The position numbers and the translations under genes were made by a program. Shown here in pieces: positions 24,621-38,364 of a DNA stretch of 64,000 bases (within the stretch, counting starts at the first letter, position 1; each line of letters opens with the position of its first letter). Under the pieces are notes generated by a model. The model worked only from the letters and a program-made list of their open reading frames with translations. It searched no databases and had not been told where the DNA came from. This DNA comes from Nemertoderma westbladi (Eukaryota; Animalia; Xenacoelomorpha): positions 47 to 64,046 of the forward strand of contig JAUCBJ010007115.1 of assembly GCA_032718475.1 (NCBI GenBank), given 5' to 3'.

Positions 24621-24924
24621 ATTTAACTGGTACTCAAAAACTAAGTATTATGTACCGGTAATTAATTACTTAAGTTCAAAAGAGTGTTTGCTCTAGCGAA
24701 GATTGGACGCAGGCGAAGTTTGCTGCATAGGAGCTTTCGTAGTTTCATACAACCGTGCGTAGTTCCCAGTACATCCGAGCACATTGTGTCTTTATATGAA
24801 TCGCCAATACTAATAACATATTTAATATATAACCTTAAACCTGTAATTTAGAACCGTGCTGGTACCTGACTAGTTCAGAAGTTATGTCAGTCTTGTACTT
24901 GTCAGGTCAGATTTTGTAATGTTT

Positions 24925-27900
24925 CCGTAATCTGCATTCACGGAGGGTGGTTGATACAGGTGGCATTGTACGATAAAGCTCGGCGTTTGTCATGTGTTGT
25001 CTCCAGCTGATGTTTAGGGCTGCCCTTAGTAGTCTTGTGTAGCAACCATCACTTCGTTGTTCAAGTGATTTAGTCAGTGTCCAGGTCTCACCCCCATATA
25101 AAAATACACTTTCCACTGTGGCTCGAAAGAACTTAGTCTTCAGGTGCCTGGAGAGATCTGATTTCCAGATGGTATCCATTTTTGATAGAGCTACCCATAT
25201 GCCTTTGCTTTCCTAATTTCTATGTCCTTTTTGCTACTCTCTATCCATGATCCAAGGTACTGGAAGTCATCAACCTTTCTTAGTTGATTATTGTCAATGG
25301 TTGTCAAGTTTCCATCAACATTAAAGGTCATGAATTCGGTCTTGGTAGCATTTATATGCAATCCAACCTCCTTAGCAGCCCTCTCCACTTTATTTAGTAG
25401 AAGCTGTGCATCTGCTAGGGTATTAGAGAGCAGGGCGATGTCATCCGCAAAGTCGGTGTCTGTGACTGTAGTTGCCGGATATCTACAACTTCTGCATTCT
25501 TGAAGTATGAATCCTGTGGCTGTCCTCATTGCGTAATCCAGCACAATTACAAATAGTAAAGGTGCTAATGTGTCACCTTGCAGTACCCCAGCCAGGATTG
25601 AGAAAAACTCAGTTTCACCATCTGGTGAGAGTACCTGTGCTTCTGTGTCACAATATAACAATCCAATGCCAGCAACAATTACTTCTGGTATTCCATAAGC
25701 TCTTAGGATTTCAAGCATTTTGCCTCTATGGATGGAGTCGAATGCCTTCTTGAAGTCCACAAAAGTCATGACTGCAGGGAGATTCTTCGACTTAATTCCT
25801 TCAATCAGTCTCCGTAATTCCTTCAATCAGTCTCCGTAATTCCTTCAATCAGTCTCCATAGTGCAAGTATCTGAGCTATTGTTGATCTACTTGGTCGAAA
25901 TCCGTTTTGGCTCTTACGCAGTAGTTTCTCTATGTGAGGCCTAATCCTATATAGAATCATTCTATTGTATATTTTGACAGCTACCACAAGCAGACAGATT
26001 CGACGATAGTTTGCTGGTATACCGAGGTCTCCTTTCTTGGGGAGAGGCTTTAGTTGACCTTTAGTCCAAATTGGTGGTGGCTTTTCCCCTTTTAACATCC
26101 GATTGATAACATTCAATAATGGTCTGCTTAGCACTCCTGTTTTCCATACCTCTGCTGGGATTTCATCTAATCCACTCACTTTATTATTGGACATGCTTTT
26201 AATGCTTCTCTGGAGTTCGGCAGGTGTGAAGTCCCCTGTTTCTATAGGTAGTGTCTTGTCTTATATTTTCCTTGTAGGGCTGACCTCGATGTTTGGTGGC
26301 TGCACAAGCAAGTTGCTAAAGTGATTTTTCCACTTCCCCACACGTTCTTCCGGACTATCGGCTTTGAGGCGCCCCTTTGCACAACTTTTCCGACCAGATA
26401 CCTCATTTACAGTTTGCCAGGTAAGTCTTGATTGTTTCTGTATGTGAGCAGTTGTAATTGCTTCAATTTTATCCTGTATGTACTTTTCCTGGCTGATGTT
26501 GTAGGCCAATTTAAGATCGTCCTTAGCTTTCTCAACCTTGTTAATGTTTTCTGTTGTTGGTTGTTCGGTTTTAACTTTGTAGGCTATCTTAAGATCTTCT
26601 CTCTTACAAGTAACCTCAGAGTTTTGCCATGGCACATACTGTTTTCGTTTGGGTTTCTGGGGGATATGCCTCTTAGCTGATTCCTTGTGGGCTGTTATTA
26701 TATTCTGGTATATTGAATCAGTGGACTGATCTTCATCCATTGACTGAAGTGCTTCAAAGCGGTTTTGAACTTCTACTGTGTAAGCATCCTTTACTGCATT
26801 GTCAGTTCTGAGTTTCTCCCAGTCGCAGTTGATTTGCTTGCTTGTCCTGGGTTTGCTGCTCTCAAACTGAGTCTGATCTCTGCAGTCACAATTCTGTGGT
26901 CCGAACCAATTAGGTTGAACGAGCTGTATGCCTCGCAGTTGATCATGCTGTTTCTCCACTTTTTGTTTATAAGGGTGTAATCCAGTTGTGCTTTGGTTCC
27001 ATTAGGGTATTGAAAGGTCCATAGCTTCCCCTTACCCTTTTCGAATGTGTTGTTTGTTGGTATCAATTCACATTCTTCCATTAGGTCTAAAAGTAATTAC
27101 CCATTTCTGTTAGAACTGGTGTTATAGGTGTAACCCTTGATGTCTTCTGGGCCAATTTGCGCATTCAGCTCACCACCAATGACTTTAACATTGTGTTTCG
27201 GAATGTCCTTTATAAGTCCAGTCAGATCTTCATAAAACTTCACTGCTTGTTCTGGCTCTGAGGCATTGGTTGGACTGTAGCAACATATAACTGTTGTCTT
27301 GGGATTCCCATCAAATGTTGCGATCATAACCCTGGAATTTATAGATTCGATGTTGTTTAGGGTCTTAAGTGCAAATGGGCTTAGCAGAATTCCTACTCAG
27401 CCAATTGATGCATTGGCCAAGTTTCTTATTGCTGAGCTTGTTACTAACGTCCATCCATTTCTAATGTCATTGTACTTCATGGCAGAGTCCTCATGACAAA
27501 TCCGATGTTCTTGGATGTAGATGATGTCGATGTTATAGGCCTATTCCATTGCCAGAGCAACCATGTCACCCTGTTTGCTATGTGCTTTCAGCATGCGTGT
27601 GTTCATTGTAGCAATCTTTAGTGTCGTTTTACATTTCAACAGGTTGGTTCTTCTTTCTTCTCTGTCTTCTGTTCCAGTAGCCAATTTATCGACCCCAGCC
27701 TGGTGTACCACTGAGGGACGTGGTCCTTGTTGACCCGGGCGACGACCGAGCCGGTATTTCTCCCGGAGGTTTCTCATACTCATCTTTCAGTTGCGGGAAT
27801 AAACCGCTTGTGGTCGCAACTCCTACAAGCGTCTTCGCAGTAGGTCACCGTTGGTTGATTACCTTCCGCCGACCTTGTCAGCATGTCTAGCCGTTGGTTG

Positions 27901-28090
27901 ATTACCTTCCGCCTATCCATGGCCTACAGCCCTGCTTCCGACTGTAGGGGTCCATTCGTTACACCCTGAAACAAGTGTGCCTCCTGGGTTAGGTATCCAG
28001 TATAGACAGAGCGGGGTGTGTATCATCTCTATTGCAGATGCGTATCAAGCCTTTGCCTATGGTGCCCTAGGCGCTATAGCCCTCAATGAC
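24925..28090 (-). mobile_element. Decayed RTE-like LINE (AP endonuclease plus RT), 3'-truncated
   Basis: KIATMNTRML, CYSPTN, QLDYTL, SDHRIV, NYRRICLL, QNGFRPSRST, GVLQGDTLAP, DFADDIALL; many frameshifts, including a 22-bp unit triplicated at about 25794-25858. 5' boundary approximate. Confidence 0.9.
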
Positions 28091-29111
28091 TTATTTAGTT
28101 GACGGGGCTAAACCAACCCACTCTTGATCAACTAAATAATGAGTAGGCTACTGGCGCTTATCGGGCCTGCCCTACTGGGCTGACAGCTACAGGCAGTACC
28201 ACATTACTGCCATAGTGGTGGCAGGATCGGGGGACCTGACCTGACTGAAAAAATCCGACAAATCCTTGTACTTTTTTCAAATTTTGATGATTCCCCTTTG
28301 CCCATGGAGAACATCTTATACTTTTTTCAAAAGTTTGTTGATTCGGCTATATCCATGGCAAACCATTCCTTTTCAAAGTGGGTTGATTCCTCTATGCCCT
28401 TATTAAGAAACCTAATTATTTGAAAGTTTATTTATTAACGTAATAGTAGTAATAATAACAATACCTGATTAGTATACATTGCACTGTAATATTGCATATA
28501 ATTACCTAATTAACTAAAACAGCTAATTAACTATTAATAAATGCCACAAACTGTAAATTGATTTATTAGGCATATTTTACGAAATGCCACAATTCCTAAA
28601 AATGTGCACTGTAATATAATAATTGCTTAATAATAATTTGACATTAAAAAAACAAACTAAAAAATTATTTTAATTATAATTGATTTTAATTATTGACAGT
28701 ATGTCGAATAAATATATTTATTTAAAATGGCATTTCGCCGATGACAACATGAATAATGCTTCAGTATAAAATGCCACATCAAAGTACTGTAAAGTAATTC
28801 ACAATTCACAACATAATTATATTGTAAGTTAGTCCTATATTATGTCCTACTGTGTAATTAAATTTAAAAACTACGAAATTAACTACAAATTATAATTACT
28901 ACATGCAACAAGTATGGGCCACAATTACAACTAAACCTATGGGAACAAATGCAATTATAATTTACCCTTCGCGTCATCCCGCTTCATTGTCATCAAGCAA
29001 CGACAACACGTTGGGGGTGTTTCCAGACCGAGACCATGTCTTATCCACCACAGAAAGACGGCTGCAGATGACTTCCGCCAAATCTCTGCTAATCGTAAAT
29101 TATTCAGGCAC

Positions 29112-29668
29112 TTAAACTGGCATTCGTCCTCCCTCCCCCAGTGCCACCGGTACAATAATTGAACATCGCCATTTAAAATATTATTTCACTATTAGTTGAG
29201 AGCCTACTTACAGTAAAGTAGGTACCGGTACTGCTATAGTGCGGTTATCTGGAACTGGCAGGGCAGTAGTAGTACTGACAGTGGACAAACTAAGTTAAAT
29301 ATTTTTCTAGTAAATGCAGTTTTTTCACATGCTGAGCGAAGGGCACATCGTTCTCTGCAGCCATAAAATTTACACCACATTAAATACACGACCTAGGGTG
29401 TCTGTCTGCAGATTTTCCAGCAAATTGAAGGAAAATTGAGGAAATGGGCAAAAAACAGGCAAAAATTGTCTTTTCGAGGAAAAGGCCATAAACTCATGAT
29501 TTTTCATCATGCTCCTCGAAGCGGAGAATCACCTAATTAAAACATTCTTTTTTTTCTATTAAGTTACACATAAATCAGAGAGTGTATGTGTCAAATTTGA
29601 GACAAATCGCTCCAAAAATGGCCACTGAGGAAAGGTGTTTGTCACTGTGCCTCAAATGTGATAGAACC
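29112..29668 (-). repeat. Right arm of the long inverted repeat (partner 20711-21330)
   Basis: Ends CCTCAAATGTGATAGAACC, the reverse complement of the left arm start. Confidence 0.85.
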
Positions 29669-29983
29669 TGTTTTTGCATCATCGCTCGGTCCTACGAATC
29701 TCCCAAATACTCCGTTTGGTTGTCAGTTCCGTTTGGTTGTCAAACTAGGCCTACTACTCTATACGGGTAGTACTTGATAGTTTTTTTTGGTTCCATTTGC
29801 TTGTCACTGTCACTATAACCTGCTTTTTTCCGTTTCAGCGACATGCAACTTTTGAATGCCCTTATATAATCTATTTATTATATTTACATCGCATGAAATT
29901 TATATTAGTGAAGAGCTTGACATACCTAAAACTACTGCCATCTGTATTTAATGTATTGATTAAGTTTTACTGAAGATTGGATA

Positions 29984-31773
29984 ATGGAACAACATACTAA
30001 TTTATTGATAGAAAAATCTGGTGCCGGTATAATTATAAAGAAAGAACAAACGGATTGTATAATTATAAAGAAAGAACCAACAGACTTTATAATTATAAAG
30101 AGAGAACCATCAGACTCCACCCCCTATTCTCTTGATGTTAAACAAGAGAACTGCGTTTACGGATCATCTCCGATCGAAGATCACAACAATTTGTTCGGTG
30201 CAGTAGATGTTGTCCCTGTACTAGATGACGAAGATATTTCCTATGAACCATCTGGAGATTCTTTTATTGTTGAAAAACGAGAAAACGACGGCCCAGACTG
30301 TTCGTATGGTAGGCCTATTGAAACTGAAGGTACAGAAGCGACAATCAGTTGTGCAACAACAGAGTCAGGTAGTTCTAATAAAACTGTTGGGGAGTTGGTA
30401 TCTTCTTCAGATACCAGTTCCTGTTTGCATTGTAATGAATTATTTAATAACAAAGGGAATTTAGAGAGACATATAGAATCCGTTCATAAAGACGTCAAGA
30501 ATAAGTATAAATGCGATTATTGTGAGAAATTGTTTAAACGCAAAAATTATGTAAAGAAGCATGTTGACGCTACCCATAAAGATATCAAACATAAGTGCGG
30601 TTATTGTAATAAAGAATTCAGTCAGCAAAGGAATCTAAACACCCACGTTATCTTTGCCCACAAAGGTATCATCAAATATAGCTGCTCCGATTGTAGAAAA
30701 TCATTTGCTACAAAAGCCGTACTAAAACAACATGTCGACTCTATACATAAAGATATCAAACATAAGTGCGGTTATTGTAATAAAGAATTCAGCCAGCAAG
30801 GTAGTCTAAACACCCATGTGAACTACTTTCATAAAGATATCAAGTACAACTGTTTTGATTGTGGAAAATCATTTGCTACTAAAGCCGAACTAAAACAACA
30901 TGTCGACTCTATACATAAAGATATCAAACATAAGTGCGGTTATTGTTATAAAGAATTCAGCCAGCAAAGGAATCTAAACACCCACATTATCTTTGCCCAC
31001 AAAGGTATCATCAAGTATAGCTGCTCCGATTGTGGAAAATCATTTGATAAAAAAGCCGTACTAAAACAACATGTCGACTCTATACATAAAGAAATCAAAC
31101 ATAAGTGCGGTTATTGTAGTAAAGAATTCAGCCAGCAAGGTAGTCTAAACACCCATGTGAACTACTTTCATAAAGATATCAAGTACAACTGTTTTGATTG
31201 TGGAAAATCATTTGCTACTAAAGCCGAACTAAAACAACATGTCGACTCTATACATAAAGATATCAAACATAAGTGCGTTTATTGTCATAAAGGATTCAGT
31301 CAGCAAGGCAGTCTAAACACCCACATTAACTTTGCCCACAAAGGTATCATCAAGTATAGCTGCTTCGACTGCGGAAAATCATTTGCTAAAAAATGCGTAC
31401 TAAAACAACATGTCGACTCTATACATAAAGATATCAAATATAAGTGCGACTATTGTAATAAAGAATTCAGCTATCAAACAAATCTAAATACCCACATTAA
31501 CTTTACCCACAAAGGTATTATCAAGTATAGCTGCTCCGATTGTGGAAAATCATTTGGTCAAAAAGGCGCTCTAAAACAACATATCGACTCTATTCATAAA
31601 GATATCAAGCATAAGTGTGATTATTGTAATAAAGAATTCAGTTACAAAAACCACCTAAAACGTCATGTCGACTCTATACATAAAGATATCAAACATAGTG
31701 CGGTTATTGTCATAAAGAATTCAACCAGCAAGTCTACCTAATCACCCATATCAATTCTGTTCATAAATCTTAA
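29984..31773 (+). CDS. Tandem C2H2 zinc-finger protein: 15 fingers in the 585-aa ORF (to 31741) plus a 16th in a shifted frame
   Basis: Repeated C-x2-C-x3-F-x5-L-x2-H-x4-H; linkers HKDIKHKC / HKGIIKYSC; N-terminal IIIKKE-type repeats; ATTAAA near 31829; possible splice acceptor near 29838. Confidence 0.9.
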
Positions 31774-33661
31774 AGTTACCGGTAACAAAATTGTTGTATT
31801 TGTACTGAACTATATTTGTAACTGATCAATTAAATACATTGATTTTCAGGTTATTAATGTTTTCAGGGATGCTGATTTTAAGGGGGGGGGGGGGGGGGGG
31901 GGTCTGTGAACTGTCTGTCTGTGATTGTGTTTCTGACGGTTTGTCCGTCACAATATAACAATAAACAATAATTCCAAACGTCAGTTTTCACTTTTAACGA
32001 AAACTGTTATGTCTGTCAGTCGGTCTGTCCAACGATCTGTCTGTCAAAATATAAGGACATCCATCATACCTCACTTCCGAAGTCAGTTTTCATTTTTAGT
32101 GAAGTCTATTATGTCTGATTGTCAGTCAGTATAATGGATTTCTCGTGCTCCTTGGCACGATAAGCTCCTAAAACGGCTTTGAATCTCAAAAAGGTTCCAG
32201 GTAGTGCTCTACTTTCGCTTAGTGTTTTGGTTTTCCGGCTAACATAAAATATTTCCACTTGAACACGGTCCTTCAATGACTTGTTATTTACGGACATCCA
32301 CAACTTTTCAATATAGTACAAAAACACAGTGATTTTCTATTCTTCCCAAATAATACTGTATATTGCTTCCTTCTAAATAAATGAAATAGCCTACTGTAAC
32401 ACTGCAGAAAAACCTCTGGGATGAGGAAAAAGATAGAAACCGGGTGAGGGGTGCTTTGGGTCCGTTAGGATCCAAAGTATAGCCTCTAAATAATCCAAAA
32501 AGCAGATAAAATATACCATATTTTTAGCCGTTTTGTTTTGCTAAAAATACACTGGAAAAAATATACAAATAAAGGGAAAAACTCTAATAATAATCAATTG
32601 TTTTGAAAAACGTCTTAATAAATATTCTTACTACAAAGAGGATCCGTTTCTGTGTTTTTGTACGCGATATAACATTTAAGATTTCACTTTCTTTTGACTT
32701 TTAAACCCGTTTCGTGCCTACTGTACGTACGACTTTTGTTATTACGTGTTGCCATGACATTTAAACATACCAAGCCTGCATACCGTGTTAACTATATTCT
32801 TACCACAATGAGCATCTGTTTCTGTGTACTTGTGCGCGATATAACATATAATATTTTATTCCAACCTCTAAAATCGATTCTTTTACTTTACACTTTACCT
32901 ATCCTTAATATACTACTGTACGTACGATTTATGTTTTTGCCTGTTACCATGACACATAAACTTGACTTTGCCCGACTCTTCTACTTTATGCTTATATTTG
33001 GACATTTGTACATAGATCATCGCTTTAATCGATATATGCGTTTTACCGGATGTTCTTGTATGCTTTCTCTTTTGATGCAATAAGGGTTCTTATTTTGAGA
33101 GGGAATTTTGAACTGGTGAAGGGATGCACTTATTTTTCTTGTATAATACTGTACCTGTTTCATTAATAAAGGCTGAAGTAGCCCGGTAGGGCGAAAACGT
33201 TCACATACACTTAACCCTTTTTTACTGCCAGGCAAGACCCCGAACACTTACCCTAATTATCAAACTCCAACTTTAATTTGGTATTTCATTTACTTCATTA
33301 TGCAACCCCTGGCAAATGCCTACCGCTTCATCTCACAACTTCATAAAGTTATGGAAAAGTCATAATAAACTTGGTGCAGCTTCACGCTATTGGAACTTGG
33401 CGATAGTGCAGAACACCAGGTTACCGTTACCGTCTGAGTCCAAACAGGGGTGGTACCGATTGGACTTAAAAGATTAGCTGCAATTTGTTCTCAGACCATA
33501 GAGGTTTATTTGGGAGAACCACAAATAAACATATAGCCTGCAGACAGTGCACCAGCACTACCGTGGGCAGGAGAGCCGAGCCGGTGGAGACGCTGCCACT
33601 TTTGCCTGGTAGGCGAGAGGAAGCACACAAGCGCTCCGGGCTTGTCTAGCCAATGTGCTCA

Positions 33662-33890
33662 GACCAACGGCGGAACCGTCTTACGTTACTAGCGACCGCA
33701 AAGCCTTTCGCAGGCCCGATCCAGCAACAAAGAGGGCCCCAACTTGGACCAGAGCTGGCTTTTAGGCGAGATAGTACAGCCGACCGACGGCGAAATCGTC
33801 TTATGTTACTGGCGACCGCAAAGCCTTTCGCAGGCCCGATCCAGCAACAAAGACGGCACCAACTCAGAACAGAGCTGACTTCTAGGCCAA
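33662..33890. repeat. 120-bp direct duplication inside an unclassified, possibly LTR-like segment
   Basis: GCGACCGCAAAGCCTTTCGCAGGCCCGATCCAGCAACAAAGA occurs twice, 120 bp apart. Confidence 0.75.
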
Positions 33891-34889
33891 GCACCTCTGC
33901 TGTACTGAGGAGCAGGGCTCAACAGTTATGCCTGAGGCAGAGTGAAGACTCTTGAGTTTTTAGTCCCGATGCGCCCCTATTTATAGCCTGATGTGGGGTC
34001 AATATGGAGTTGACCCCTAATTATCACCTGCGCGCTGGTGGACTTTCTGGGCAGAGACTTTACATTCAAACAATGTTAAATATAATTACCCAATTTAATA
34101 GACCAATTAATATTGGTGCACGTTCGAACAATATTAGATATAGACTCAATAATATAGACCAATTAATATTGGTGCCTGGGTGGAGTTTTGAAGGTGACTA
34201 GTCAATCACTCCCTACTGCTATTGGGTGGTGGCCATAGGCTGTGTACTGGGGGCCGGTGTAAGGGAAGGGATGTATTGGATAACAATGGACCCTGGATAG
34301 TGCATTGGATGGAGTGTATTGGGCGGATCAGGCAAGGCTTGACACGCCCGCCACAACTAAGGATATCTGGGTTGGGGCAATAAGTCATAATGTGAGATAT
34401 GGGATAATATTGAATATTTTGGTGAATATTTCTGGGATGAATATTGCGTCGAATATTTTGAGATGAATATTACGACTGGATAAGGAAGGGGGGGATAATT
34501 ATATTGTAATTATTTCGTTATTAAAATCAAAGTCCCGATGAAGTGTATTTTCGTCACCTTCAAGGCAGAACCCCCTAAGTAAATTTTTTTCGATTTTCAT
34601 GTTTTTGACTTTTTGGGTAATTCTATATCGGCTTTTTCGTTTGGCAGAACCCCGAAGCTTTTCTACCAGCCATTTTTGAGTTATAAGCCAAAGACTGTTC
34701 CCCGTAACTGATGCCCACTTCGAGGCAGAACCCCACAAGTCAATAATTGGCTTGCAAAACACCGTAAATTCAAGTATATGAAATTCAGTCTACCTGGCAA
34801 AACCCCTTAAATCAGAAATAACAACCTGTAAAACCCCTTAAATCACCGTAATTTCTCATTCATATACTGGTTTGTACTGCGGCCATGAC

Positions 34890-35512
34890 ACAAACATTAT
34901 TGAGGAGGGAACACAAACATTAATCAGGGATACAAACATTTATCAGGGACACAAACATTAATCAGGGACACACATTAAGTGGTACAAACATTAATCAGGG
35001 ACACACATTAATTAAGTGGTACAAACATTAATAAGGGACAAAAACATTAATTAGGGACACACATTAATCAAGGGCACATACATTAATAAGGGACACAGAT
35101 ATTAATCAGGGTCACAAACATTAATGAGGGACACATATTAATGATGGACACACATTGAATGAGGGACACACATTAATAAGGGGCACAAACATTAACGAGG
35201 GACACAAACATTAATGTGGGACACACATTAATGAGGGACACACATTAATAAGGGGCACAGACATTAACGAGGGACACAAGCATTAATAAGGAACACACAG
35301 TAATCAGGGAGACAAACATTAATGAGGGACACAAACATTTATGAGGGACACAATTAATTAATGAGGGACACAAACATTAATGAGGGATACAATCATTAAT
35401 GAGGGACACAAACATTAATGAGGGACACAAACATTAATGAGGTACACAAACATTAATGAGGGACACAAACATTAATGAGGGACACACATTAATCAGGGGC
35501 ACAAACATTAAT
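34890..35512 (+). repeat. 19-bp minisatellite AAACATTAATGAGGGACAC
   Basis: Seen directly; degenerate on the left, homogeneous on the right. Confidence 0.92.
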
Positions 35513-36099
35513 AGGGGTGAATGCTTGCCAATGGATATTAATATGAGCGATGGTGATGCTTGCCATCAGACGATCAGATAATAAGTGATAAACTGATATA
35601 CTGAAAAAATACTACCATGGGAACGTGAGCTTCGATCAAAGAAGCGCCGCTTTGTATACATTCCATTTACCTAATTAGATGGAAATTAATTGAAAGCACG
35701 TTTGGTTACGTTGTTCAGCTGCCTGTTTTGCTGCTACGCCCCCCCCCCCCCCGGCTGTTATACCCCCATATTTTCAATTTACCTCCTACCCCCACCATTC
35801 ATGTTACACCCCCCCCCCATTCCTGTCTCCCCTTCATGTCATGTTCATGTCTCCCACAACATCGTTTATTGTTTTGGTTAGAAAAACCATCTCTGTAACC
35901 TGATCCTTTCCCTCAATTGGTAATAACAGAGATTATTGGTTTGGTCAGATTAATATGTTATTATTTATTGTTGTTATTGTATTGCTTGACAGTAATGAGA
36001 ATTGTAATACTGTAATATATTGTATGTGTATGGGTGGTAACAGGAATCATACTAAGTGCCATGGGGGGTGAAATGAATGGAATGGAACGATGGCGCCCA

Positions 36100-36400
36100 T
36101 GATTAATGTTTGTGCACTTGATTGATATCTGTCCCTCGTTTAATGTTTGTGTCCCTCATTAATGTTTGTGTCCCTCATTAATAATGTTTGTGTACCTCAT
36201 TAATGTTTGTGTACCTCATTAATGTTTGTGTCCCTCATTAATGTTTGTGTACCTTATTAATGTTTGTGTACCTCATTAATGTTTGTGTCCCTCATTAATG
36301 TTTGTGTCCCTCATTAATGTTTGTGTACCTCATTAATGTTTGTGTCCCTCATTAATGTTTGTGTACCTTATTAATGTTTGTGTCCCTCATTAATGTTTGT
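36100..36400 (-). repeat. Same 19-bp minisatellite, inverted
   Basis: GTGTCCCTCATTAATGTTT repeated. Confidence 0.92.
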
Positions 36401-36994
36401 TATCTGAGGCATCTTTTACAGCAACAAACTTCGCGTTTACATAGAGCAACTTGATCGGCAACCTGACATGCTCACCAAGTTGCTGATAGAGTTGCTCAAA
36501 ATGTTGCCACGTACTGTAGAAAAAACAGTCTTTAATTATTCGTCATGACGTAGCTAGACTTCTTAATGTAGAGTACCACCCATGGCTATATTTTGTACTT
36601 AGAGTTCCGTTTGCTTGAATCTAAATTTTGTTCAATATAGTTCTGTATTTGGCTATATTTTGTTCAATTTGTATTGATACATGATTCTAACTACAGTCCC
36701 GTACTTATTTTAAAAGCAATTAATACCAAAATATCAAAAACTTATGGAGCACTTTAGAATTTTTAATTAAAAAATTTTCTAACATGTGCGCAAGTGTGTT
36801 AGCTGTATTGTATGTGCTTATTTGTTATTATTGCGTTCACAGGTAATACTAACACCTGCTCATGTGCTAGTTAACATGTTAGATAGCACGTATTAGCTAA
36901 TAACAAATGCGCACATGTATTACGTTTGCACACTACGCACTAAATAATTAAGGCACGATACACGCCTTGGCTATAATTTGATATATTTTGCGTG

Positions 36995-37155
36995 TTTTTT
37001 GTAAAAATTCGGACTTATGGTGTTTTACCTAATTGAGGATGCCTTGTTTTCTAGGCAATACCCCGCAACTATCGTATAGTTACGGGATAATACCAGAAAA
37101 CGGTGTTCCCCCTTGTTTTGGCAAAACACCATAAGTCCGAATTTTTACAAAAAAA
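36995..37155. repeat. Hairpin / palindrome
   Basis: TTTTTGTAAAAATTCGGACTTATGGTGTTTT and its exact reverse complement about 95 bp downstream. Confidence 0.85.
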
Positions 37156-38364
37156 CCGCATTATATTTCAAAGGTGATTCTAAATGAAATATAAAGTTTA
37201 GTTATATGAATTCTACATATATTTATTTGTCGAAAAACACAATAACAAGTAAACTGAGGCATCTCTCTAAAAAATAAACAGTTTTTATCGATTATCTCAG
37301 AACTACAAAAATCGACTTAGGGGGTTCTGCCTTGAAGGTGGCGTTTTGTATGTTTGCCTACGGAGGCGCGAAAAATCGTTTACACTCCCCCCATGGCAGA
37401 TTTGGAACAAATTGGTCATGAAGAACGATTTTGAGCCAAGATTTTGAAAATATATTTTGATGTCCTAAAAAATAACTGCTCAGCGTGATGTCGTGGTGTC
37501 TGCAAAAATGTTGACCAAAAAATATACGCGGTTTCTGTTTGAAGTTATTTAAATACACCGCACAATAATTAATTCTCTTTTCCCAGAGGTAATTCATAAA
37601 TTGTAATTATAAAATTAAATTTCTTTCACACAAACGCGACAAATCTTGTTATTGCCTTGTTCCACGTAGGGAACTATATAGAAGCAAACGATTTTATATA
37701 TATAAAGGTATGGTCCTAAATAATATGACTCGGCCTAGAGTTCATATGACGTGATCGGGTTCTGACTCATTATCGAGTTTGTGTGATACGGAATGAGTTC
37801 AGAAAGTCAAGTTGGGGTTGATCTTTACTCCCATCATCAGGATTATCGAGTTTGTTTTCGAGATAGAATGGAGCCGTGGGTCTTTATTATCGATAATGAG
37901 TTTGTTTTCCTTCGACAAGAGTTTATCTCTATAGTTTATCGAGAAAGAATCGTATCGATCATCGGCTAATCGCGCTTCGAGGGGTCCCGTAGCTCCCCCC
38001 ATGGCTTGCTTCCCTCCTCGCTCCGAGCATCACATACACCCAAAACCCTTCCGAGGAAAGGAATGGGCCCTGTAACCTCGGTGCGGCTCGGGACGCAAGC
38101 CTCTATCCCTCCTCAATATCGTTCGGTTCGAGAAGATCAGCTCATTCACGATTGGGGGTACAGGGTATCCGTTTTCCGTCGGATGCTTTCTAGCAGAAAC
38201 TGCCGATCCCGGTTTTGACTCCCGGTGTCCATGGGTATCGCGGCCCCAGGATGGAGAATATAGTTCATTTCCCACTCGGTCGCCGTTCCGTCGGGGTCAA
38301 AAAGATATACCCCATTTTCAATCACATATTACTGTATTATGGGTAAGCACTGCTGGACTGCTGC

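Larger units (their letters stand above)
34552..37343. mobile_element. Non-autonomous TIR element, about 2.8 kb
   Basis: 29-bp inverted ends CG(T/C)CACCTTCAAGGCAGAACCCCCTAAGT; TTTT on both flanks; GGCAGAACCCC repeated subterminally. Confidence 0.7.

Noticed and set aside
27790-28140. HDV-like ribozyme expected in some RTE 5' UTRs
   Set aside because: A hairpin (28091-28139) and a 23-bp direct repeat are present, but I could not build the double pseudoknot by eye.
33380-34355. Possible solo LTR ending CCCGCCACA
   Set aside because: No matching TG end with a TSD was found.
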